A DNA stretch of 62,937 nucleotides, filler included, from Octopus bimaculoides (Eukaryota), in the NCBI RefSeq assembly GCF_001194135.2. It is 5 parts of 5 records of this genome, joined end to end, with 100 filler letters (N's around TTAATTAATTAA, not from the genome) between each part and the next. Parts side by side here need not be neighbours in the genome. Positions count along the whole stretch, not along the records: positions 23,882 to 39,184 come from NC_069005.1; 4 more parts are not named here. One strand, written 5' to 3'. Position numbers and translations under genes: made by a program. Shown one piece after another: positions 25,396-36,193 of this stretch. Below the pieces are notes generated by a model, which had not been told where the DNA came from, made no database searches, and worked only from the letters and a program-made list of their open reading frames with translations. Positions within the stretch are counted from its first letter, which is position 1. Each line of letters opens with the position of its first letter.

Positions 25396-26979
25396 AATAA
25401 TAATGGTTTTGTATTTACAAATAACTTAGGATTTGCTACGTCTTTCAAAGCGAAAACTGGGTCTGTCCAAGATAGAGGTGAAGAGACAAGAGAGAAGAAG
25501 TCTTTCATTGGCACTTTCTCTATTACCAGGCTATATGGGAAGCCAGTTAGCTAGTCTTTTGCTCTTTAATTCTTTTACTTGTTTCAATCATTGGACTGAA
25601 GCCATCCTGGGGCCCAGCTTTCAAGGGTTTAGTTGAAACAAATCAAGACAGATACTTATTCTTTGTTCTATAAGTGATGGAGACAAACGAACCAAGACTG
25701 GCAATCAAGTGGTGAAGGAGACTAACTAACACACACAACAGACTTCCATGCAGTTTCTGTCTACTAAATCCACTCACAAGGCATCAGTTGGCCTAGGGTT
25801 ATAGCAGCAGACACTTGCCCAAGATGCCATGCAGAGGAACTGAATTTATGATTACAAAGAGAATTTCTTAACCATACAGTCAAGCCTGCACCTGTGTGTG
25901 TGTGTGTGTGTGTGTATATATAATGTCTTTTACTTGTTGTAGTCACACACGACATATTAACACCTATTTAACACCTGGAGTTGTGTGTGTTTGGTTTCAA
26001 AATTAATTTTGTTGGAGGATTTTTTTTTAAATAGTTACTAAAAGCAAAAGTTCTATTAAAAGTAAACCCTTCAAGGCTGGGCCCCAGCGTGGCTTCAGTT
26101 CAATCACTGGAACAAGTAAAAGAACAAAAGTATAGAAGACTACTAGTTGGCTGGCTTGCCATATACAGCTGGATAACAGAGAACGTGCCAAAGGAAGACT
26201 TCTTCTCATGTCTTTTCACCTCTGTTCTGAACAGACTCAGTTTTGGCTGAGAAAGACGCAGCAAGTGCTCCAGCATGGCCGCAGTCAAATGACAAATAAA
26301 AAAGAATAAAATGTTATTCATTATTGCTCCTACTATTATTTATTATTACTATTATTATTATTATTATTATTATTATTACATTTTTATTATTACTATATAA
26401 TTATTAATTATTACTATAATTATTATAATTATTAATATTACTATTATTATAATTATTATGGTGGTGAGCTGGCAAAATCGTTAAACACGTCGGGCGAAAT
26501 GCTTAGTGTAATGTCATCTGTCTGTATATTCTGAGGCATATTCTGCCAAGGTCAACTTGGTGTTTCATCCTTTCAGGGGTTGATAAATTAAGTACCAGTG
26601 AAACACTGGGGTCAATGTAATTGACTAGCCCCCTCCCTCAAAATTTCAGGCCTTGTGCCTTTAGTAGAAAGGATTATAACTTATTAGTATTATTATTACT
26701 TAATAATTAAAGAAATAATTTATTAAAGGATATCATTATTATAAATACAATGAGGATTATAGATTCTTTGAATTTTCTTTGTTTGCTTGCTTGTTTTTTC
26801 AATGTTTTTTTCTTTTCCTTTCTTGTTATTGCAACAGCAGCAGCTGTTGTTGTTGTTGTTGTTGTTAATACCTTTGTTGTTTAAAGTAGATGAAATAGCT
26901 GCAAGCAACTGGTGCAGTGCAGTTATTAGGGCAGTGTCATTGCAGCAGCAGCAGCAGCAGCAGAAGCAGCAACCATCGC

Positions 26980-27145
26980 TTATCTTCTTGTTGTTGTTGT
27001 TGTAGACATTGACAACGTCCCGACGCCAACCCCAAACAACAGCAAAGTCAGGGATTCGGTGCCCGAAGAGAAAACCATTTGTCTTTGTACGAACCCTTGA
27101 GACGTTGGAGTAAAATAGACAGGCAGCTTCACAAGCTTTTTCGAG
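26980..27145 (-). CDS. CEP192: CEP192-like terminal exon: SKKLVKLPVYFTPTSQGFVQRQMVFSSGTESLTLLLFGVGVGTLSMSTTTTTRR*
   Basis: Acceptor CTATTTTCCAG, phase 2, stop ends at 26980; followed by triplet-repeat-rich 3' sequence. Confidence 0.85.
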
Positions 27146-29527
27146 CTGGAAAATAGTGAAAGAAGAAAAAGAAAATACATAGTCTTTTACTGGATTCAAT
27201 CACTGGACTGTGGCCATACTGGAGTATATCAATACTTGTTCCAGTCTGGCTCTTGTAAACACTAACATTCTTATTATGTTCTGACATACACAAACTCTTA
27301 TATCACTAGCTGACCACGTGCCGTCAATAACGACGGCTAATTGTAGCATGTTATATATAAATAAGATACAAAATAAGGTACATAATAATCACACATACAC
27401 ATATTCACATACTTCCCTTGTACATGCACACACACACACACACATACATACATACATACGCTTACACGGAGTTGAAATGCTGGCTTTTTTTCACTCCCTT
27501 CCTTCCTTATTCATCTATCACCCCCCTTTCTTTCTTTCATTGCTATTACTTTCTCTCACTCTCTCTCAGTCAGGGCTATTACTCTCACTACTTCTCCTTC
27601 ACTGAATTACTATTTTCTCTCCTCCTCCACGTCCAACATGATTCTGGACAAATGATATATATATATATATATGTAAAAAACACCTTTTTGAGCGTGGCCG
27701 TTGCCAGTACCGTGTGACTGGTCCTCGTGTCGGTGGCACGTAAAAAGCACCCACTACACTCTCGGAGTCGTTGGCGTTAGGAAGGGCATCCAGCTGTAGA
27801 AACTCTGCCAGAACAGACTGGAGCCTGGTGCAGCCATCTGGTTCGTCAGTCCTCAATCAAATCGTCCAACCCATGCCAGCATGGAAAGCGGATGTTAAAC
27901 GATGATGATGATGATGATATATATCACACATACAAATATATAAAAACACTACACTCATTCTTATATTAAGAGATTATTATATACACACACACACACACAC
28001 ACACTCAAGAATAAAGGAGGATGACAATGAGGGAAGGAAGGAAGAGTGGCGGCAGCGCAAATTGATCAAAACATGGACATAGTGAATAATTATGATCAGC
28101 TAATGAATTTATTCATATCGCTGCCACCAGCACTACCACCCCTACAGGTACCATCAGCACGGCCACCTCCACCAACACCACCACCACAACTATCACTACA
28201 GCTACTACTACTGCTACAGACAATGAAGATGACCACCAATGCTAATAATGAAAATTTCTAGTTTTGGCCCAGTTTATGACTGGTTTACAATATCACCCCA
28301 GGAGGATAGATACACAACATTTGAACCCAGGAAGATACGGAATACAACAATAAAGATTGAATCTAGAGTCACTTACTTAATGGTAAATGATCTCACATTG
28401 GCAGAGAAAGGAGAATCACCATCTTCATCAGATATGGCAACCTGCAGCAGAATGGGTGAAGAAAGAGAGAGAAAAATATACAATAGACTAATATGGTGTG
28501 TGTGTGTGTGTGTGTAAATATATGTACATGCAAGAAAATTTAGTTTTAAATGATTCAAATACATGGATTACATTTTATAGAAAAAGAAAAATTATAAAGT
28601 AGTTGTATGCTGTCAACTTAATGTGACAGTCCCATGAAGGGAATAATACTACTGCTATTTAGCCCTAGGAAGCTGCACCGCTTCCTGTCGGCCTTGACAC
28701 ATTTCCTGTGTCTATGTTTACAGTGGGGGAGACAAGCACCTCCACGCAACCAAACCTACATCCAGAGACATGTTTCTGAGTCTTTGCTCGTCATCAGTCT
28801 GGAGTAGCAATGACTTGCTAGTCGAAGATGCTTGTCAAGCTCTTGTAAACATATAACAATTCTAGTGAAATACATTCACTGATTTCAAAAATAGATACAA
28901 CTACTTTATCGTATCACTACTGCATAAATCTCAGAGATTTAGAAATGTATTATTTCTATTTTTGAAAAATTATAAATTAATAGAATAACAATTGTGAAAA
29001 CAGGAAACAAAAAATAAATTGAAATTAATTGAATGCCTCTAAAACTAAGAATATTCTTCTTGAAATGACTAGAGTGGTAAACTAATAGTAATGGCAAATC
29101 TACATAAACATTCAATCCAACTGTGACATGTTCTTAGGACTATGTTTCGCTTCACCTACCACATCTGTGGTTATTTTTATGTATCGCTTAACAAAAGCTA
29201 TACTACCACCTGAACTTCAAAAGCAGGTACCAGAATGTTCTAAACCAGATACAAGACCCTGCTCGTAAGTCGGTAAGACCAGGGTTTTAGTGGAAAGTCT
29301 GTTAGTGAATGAGGGATGTTTACCTTTATGGATTGCTGACTGCGGTTCTTGATAATAACTTTTGTTTTTAGCGTTTCACCCAGATGGCATGGATAAAATG
29401 CCATAACATTTGACTTCACCTCCAAACTCAAGTTGGTGTTACTGAAAGATATCAGTGTTAAACAATTAGTAACAAACGTATGACAGAGAACACAACAGGG
29501 TATAACATTGCATCATGTCCCTTCAAT

Positions 29528-29569
<42 letters not shown>

Positions 29570-30760
29570 ATAATGCCNNNNNNNNNNNNNNNNNNNNNNN
29601 NNNNNNNNNNNNNNNNNNNNNNNNNNNNNNNNNNNNNNNNNNNNNNNNNNNNNNNNNNNNNNNNNNNNNNNNNNNNNNNNNNNNNNNNNNNNNNNNNNNN
29701 NNNNNNNNNNNNNNNNNNNNNNNNNNNNNNNNNNNNNNNNNNNNNNNNNNNNNNNNNNNNNNNNNNNNNNNNNNNNNNNNNNNNNNNNNNNNNNNNNNNN
29801 NNNNNNNNNNNNNNNNNNNNNNNNNNNNNNNNNNNNNNNNNNNNNNNNNNNNNNNNNNNNNNNNNNNNNNNNNNNNNNNNNNNNNNNNNNNNNNNNNNNN
29901 NNNNNNNNNNNNNNNNNNNNNNNNNNNNNNNNNNNNNNNNNNNNNNNNNNNNNNNNNNNNNNNNNNNNNNNNNNNNNNNNNNNNNNNNNNNNNNNNNNNN
30001 NNNNNNNNNNNNNNNNNNNNNNNNNNNNNNNNNNNNNNNNNNNNNNNNNNNNNNNNNNNNNNNNNNNNNNNNNNNNNNNNNNNNNNNNNNNNNNNNNNNN
30101 NNNNNNNNNNNNNNNNNNNNNNNNNNNNNNNNNNNNNNNNNNNNNNNNNNNNNNNNNNNNNNNNNNNNNNNNNNNNNNNNNNNNNNNNNNNNNNNNNNNN
30201 NNNNNNNNNNNNNNNNNNNNNNNNNNNNNNNNNNNNNNNNNNNNNNNNNNNNNNNNNNNNNNNNNNNNNNNNNNNNNNNNNNNNNNNNNNNNNNNNNNNN
30301 NNNNNNNNNNNNNNNNNNNNNNNNNNNNNNNNNNNNNNNNNNNNNNNNNNNNNNNNNNNNNNNNNNNNNNNNNNNNNNNNNNNNNNNNNNNNNNNTATAA
30401 TTTTAAAGACTATTGAATTTTACTCATAAGGTATTGGAATCTTATATGTATACCATTCTGCCTAAATAATGGAACTGAAGATACAATATCCCTGCATATC
30501 TCACATCTATTTTCGTTCCTCCAATTCACTCTCTATTTCGTATCTCATCTAAATTAACTATTGCTTAACCATCTTCTCACACCGTCTCCAATGAAGGGAT
30601 ATAATAAATATCCTGGAAACAGGTGTAAGACCTATTTATAAATGTTCTAAAATATACACAGTATTGGTTTTTTATCTCATTACGAAAAGTATATATATAT
30701 ATATATATATCATCATCATCATCATCATCGTTTAACGTCCGCTTTCCATGCTAGCATGGG

Positions 30761-30800
<40 letters not shown>

Positions 30801-32538
30801 TGACACTGGATCAATATACAAAAACACTGGATTAAGTCAAATATACTGTATACAGCGACACTGGATCAAGTAATACAGGATTAAGTCACTTCAAATATAC
30901 ACAATATTGGATTAAGTCAGCTCAAATACAGACACTGGATTAAGTCACTTCAAATATACAGTGATACTGGATTTAGTTTAAATACATAATAACAATAGAT
31001 TAAATCACCTCAGATATACAGACACTAGATTAAGCTCAAAACCAACCATGTACCCAAGTATGTGGCCAATACACAGTTCATGAGCTTCACATACAAAAAC
31101 AATCTTACATTTGAAAAATAAGGAAATTCCATTTGGTTATCGAGGCTCCATTGTACTGTCTGTTAGAAGCAAACTCAAGGCAATAATTCTAAACAATAGA
31201 AATGGTTTGTAGCTGGAGCAAAAAGTAACCAATTTTTTTTAAATAATGAAGAAAAAGAAAAAAAAAGAAAACAAAAAATATAACGTAGGAGTAGGAGTGG
31301 CTGTGTGGTAAGTAGCTTGCTTACCAACCACATGGCGCCGGGTTCAGTCCCACTGTATGGCACATTGGGCAAGTGTCTTTCAACTATAGCCTCGGGCCGA
31401 CCAAAGCCTTGTGAGTGGATTTGGTAGACAGAAACTGAAAGAAACCCATCGTATANNNNNNNNNNGCCTTGTGAGTGGATTTGGTAGACAGAAACTGAAA
31501 GAAACCCATCGTATATATGTATATACATATATGTATGTGTGTGTGCTTGTGTTTGTCCCCCCAACATCGCTTGACAACTGATGTTAGTGTGTTTACGCCA
31601 CCGTAACTTAGCAGTTCGGCAAAAGAGGCAGATAGAATAAGTACTAGGTTTACAAAGAATAAGTCCTGGGGCCAATTTGCTCAGCTAAAGGCAGTACTCC
31701 AGCATGGCCACAGTCAAAATGACTGAAAAGAGTAAAAGAGAGAGTAAGAGTAAACTGCTGTGACTTACTTCAATGACGGCATGAACATTTCTGCAGTTGT
31801 GGAGGCCACCTTTGGATTGAGGACATCGTTGTCGAGAAACTAAAGAGAAGGAATNNNNNNNNNNNNNNNNNNNNNNNNNNNNNNNNNNNNNNNNNNNNNN
31901 NNNNNNNNNNNNNNNNNNNNNNNNNNNNNNNNNNNNNNNNNNNNNNNNNNNNNNNNNNNNNNNNNNNNNNNNNNNNNNNNNNNNNNNNNNNNNNNNNNNN
32001 NNNNNNNNNNNNNNNNNNNNNNNNNNNNNNNNNNNNNNNNNNNNNNNNNNNNNNNNNNNNNNNNNNNNNNNNNNNNNNNNNNNNNNNNNNNNNNNNNNNN
32101 NNNNNNNNNNNNNNNNNNNNNNNNNNNNNNNNNNNNNNNNNNNNNNNNNNNNNNNNNNNNNNNNNNNNNNNNNNNNNNNNNNNNNNNNNNNNNNNNNNNN
32201 NNNNNNNNNNNNNNNNNNNNNNNNNNNNNNNNNNNNNNNNNNNNNNNNNNNNNNNNNNNNNNNNNNNNNNNNNNNNNNNNNNNNNNNNNNNNNNNNNNNN
32301 NNNNNNNNNNNNNNNNNNNNNNNNNNNNNNNNNNNNNNNNNNNNNNNNNNNNNNNNNNNNNNNNNNNNNNNNNNNNNNNNNNNNNNNNNNNNNNNNNNNN
32401 NNNNNNNNNNNNNNNNNNNNNNNNNNNNNNNNNNNNNNNNNNNNNNNNNNNNNNNNNNNNNNNNNNNNNNNNNNNNNNNNNNNNNNNNNNNNNNNNNNNN
32501 NNNNNNNNNNNNNNNNNNNNNNNNNNNNNNNNNNNNNN

Positions 32539-32574
<36 letters not shown>

Positions 32575-34895
32575 TGAGAGTGTGTGAGTTGTTCAACAGT
32601 AATGCAACTAAGGTAAGTTGTAGAAAGAGGAGTGAGAGAGGAATGAGGGGAAAGAAAGCAGTAAAAGATGGGGAGGAAGAGAGAGGAAAAAGAGAAGCAA
32701 AGAAAGGAGAGAGAGAAAGTGTGTGTGTATGTGATAAAGAGAGAGAGAGAGTTGTAGAGGGTACTTACAGCCTGGAGTGTAACTGGGTGAGTTGAGCAAT
32801 TATCATCAGAGGTGGAGGTGAATTCGAGCAGACAATTTTGGTGACAGACAAAAGTACAATCGAGAAACACTTGCGGATAAAATATTATTGGGATCTGAAA
32901 GATGAAGGAGGAGAAATATTTTGACATTGGTGTTGACGTCACCATCATTATAATCAATGGAGTCACAGCAACACTCCACCAGCACTAGCATCACCAACAC
33001 TAACACAATTACTGCTACCACAACACTCACCCAATCTGTACAACTGATAATATCACCATAACTATCACCAGCACCATCATCACCGTCAGCAGTAGCACCG
33101 CCGACAACCATCATCACCACCACTGCCACCACCACCACCAAAGTTCCAACTACAGCTAATGTAGTCTAATATAACCACTGGTAAAAATAAACTTGATGGC
33201 CATGGGTGGAATGTCTTTGACAAGAGGTCTCCCCGATCAAAGCTGACCCAAGGCTAAGCAACAACAATCTCTTATACAGTTATCTTCTGCCTTCGTGAAA
33301 GGCCTGTTTGGAAGCCCCAACCTTCAAGTTCTTTTTACAGGGCTTAGAAAAACTGAAGGACTGCTNNNNNNNNNNNNNNNNNNNNNNNNNNNNNNNNNNN
33401 NNNNNNNNNNNNNNNNNNNNNNNNNNNNNNNNNNNNNNNNNNNNNNNNNNNNNNNNNNNNNNNNNNNNNNNNNNNNNNNNNNNNNNNNNNNNNNNNNNNN
33501 NNNNNNNNNNNNNNNNNNNNNNNNNNNNNNNNNNNNNNNNNNNNNNNNNNNNNNNNNNNNNNNNNNNNNNNNNNNNNNNNNNNNNNNNNNNNNNNNNNNN
33601 NNNNNNNNNNNNNNNNNNNNNNNNNNNNNNNNNNNNNNNNNNNNNNNNNNNNNNNNNNNNNNNNNNNNNNNNNNNNNNNNNNNNNNNNNNNNNNNNNNNN
33701 NNNNNNNNNNNNNNNNNNNNNNNNNNNNNNNNNNNNNNNNNNNNNNNNNNNNNNNNNNNNNNNNNNNNNNNNNNNNNNNNNNNNNNNNNNNNNNNNNNNN
33801 NNNNNNNNNNNNNNNNNNNNNNNNNNNNNNNNNNNNNNNNNNNNNNNNNNNNNNNNNNNNNNNNNNNNNNNNNNNNNNNNNNNNNNNNNNNNNNNNNNNN
33901 NNNNNNNNNNNNNNNNNNNNNNNNNNNNNNNNNNNNNNNNNNNNNNNNNNNNNNNNNNNNNNNNNNNNNNNNNNNNNNNNNNNNNNNNNNNNNNNNNNNN
34001 NNNNNNNNNNNNNNNNNNNNNNNNNNNNNNNNNNNNNNNNNNNNNNNNNNNNNNNNNNNNNNNNNNNNNNNNNNNNNNNNNNNNNNNNNNNNNNNNNNNN
34101 NNNNNNNNNNNNNNNNNNNNNNNNNNNNNNNNNNNNNNNNNNNNNNNNNNNNNNNNNNNNNNNNNNNNNNNNNNNNNNNNNNNNNNNNNNNNNNNNNNNN
34201 NNNNNNNNNNNNNNNNNNNNNNNNNNNNNNNNNNNNNNNNNNNNNNNNNNNNNNNNNNNNNNNNNNNNNNNNNNNNNNNNNNNNNNNNNNNNNNNNNNNN
34301 NNNNNNNNNNNNNNNNNNNNNNNNNNNNNNNNNNNNNNNNNNNNNNNNNNNNNNNNNNNNNNNNNGTGTGTGTATGTTTGTGTGTGTATGTTTGTCCCTC
34401 TAGCATCGCTTGACAACCGATGCTGGTGTGGTCACGTCCCCGTAACTTAGCGGTTCGGCAAAAGAGAGACCGATAGAATAAGTACTAGGCTTACAAAGAA
34501 TAAGTCCTGGGGGTCGATTTGCTCGACTAAAAGCGGTGCTCTAGCATGGCCACAGTCAAATGATTGAAACAAGTAAAAGAGTAAAAAGAGTTATTTTCAA
34601 AATTAACCGAAACAAAGTCAGTGCATGCTGACAGGAACATAACAAAAGCATTAATAAATGCCAACCTAATGTTATACAGCCCCATCTCTACCTCTAACAC
34701 ACACACACACACACATAACCCTTAGTTTAAGGGTTATGGATGGGAGCTACATGCTACCACCGTTTTTGCACACAACAGTCACTTACTTGGTAGGTCTGTC
34801 CACTGAATAATAACCCTGACAATTGAAATATTTTGAACATATCATATGACCTCATCACAGTTGTCTTGCCTTCATTCTGCAGATAAAGCAAAAAT

Positions 34896-34941
<46 letters not shown>

Positions 34942-36138
34942 TATCTTGATATGAGATCACCATGTCATGCACATATGGTTGTGATGCATGTGCCTGGTGT
35001 ACCCTTATCAGACGGGTAGTCATGATGGGTATAATGGGCTTTGTATATTTTACCCCAGTGTCACTTTGATGGCATGCACTGCTCTCTCACTCAATAATAA
35101 TAATAATAATAATAATACTAATGATAATAATAATGATAATAATAATAATAATAATGATGATAATAATAATCAAGAAATTCAAAAAATAGTGCTCATATCC
35201 TAGAAAAAGACTGTCTATGTGATTCTGAAAAACATTTTAATCTGTAAACATTATCAAAACTACTTTTAAATGTACATAATAGCAAAACACCTTTTACTGT
35301 CATCTTATGGTCACGCTACCATCTTACCATCGAATTACTGTTAAAACAAACTTCTGGTTTTCCAGTGTTTTGACAGACATTCCCTAGAACAATACTCTGT
35401 GCAAAAAACCAAAAATATGGTACCCTAGTCATAACATCAACTTGAATGTCTAACTTGTTGTTTCATGAGGTCTCTGGGTGAGACTTGGAGTCAACAAATA
35501 CAAAGCAAAAGCCAAACATTTAATAATAATAATAATAATAATAATCCCTTCTACTAAAGGTACAAGGCCTGAAAATTACATCAACCTCTTTAAATCTCAC
35601 AATGAGAGATATTCAGCAACAGTACTTTGGAGTAAAGATTGTTTGCCAACATAACATGGCAGTCCTGGTTTAGGACGAATGTTGCTGTAATTTAGCCTCA
35701 GGAGAACCATGTACCTAAGTACGTGGCCAATGAGCTTCACATACAAAAACAATCTTACATTTGAAAAATAAGGAAATTCCATTTGGTTATCGAGGCTCCA
35801 TTGTACTGTCCGTTGACTGTTGTTGGTGATTTCCACATAATTACCTGGAAAAAAGAATATATGTTTTAAGAGAGATTTACATACATACACAAGCATGCAC
35901 AGCAACATAAATATACAAACTTATACACACATAGTAGGGTATGTTCACACAGAATGGGGTGCATACTTGTGTATACATAAATACACAACAGGAAATGTAC
36001 ACACTCTGCAGAGGTATGTACACACCAGGGTCTATAACAATATGTACATACACACATTAGAGCACGTGCATACATGTATACACATACAAACACAGAGAGC
36101 AACACATTTGCAAGGTAATCAGCAGAATATATATACAT

Positions 36139-36193
<55 letters not shown>

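Larger units (their letters stand above)
1711..34588. mobile_element. Further family A SINE halves at 1711-1870(+), 23360-23565(+), 23910-24130(+), 25555-25893(-), 34370-34588(+)
   Basis: Shared TTGACAACCG..GATAGAATAAGTACTAGG blocks; the coordinates span scattered copies, not one element. Confidence 0.75.
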
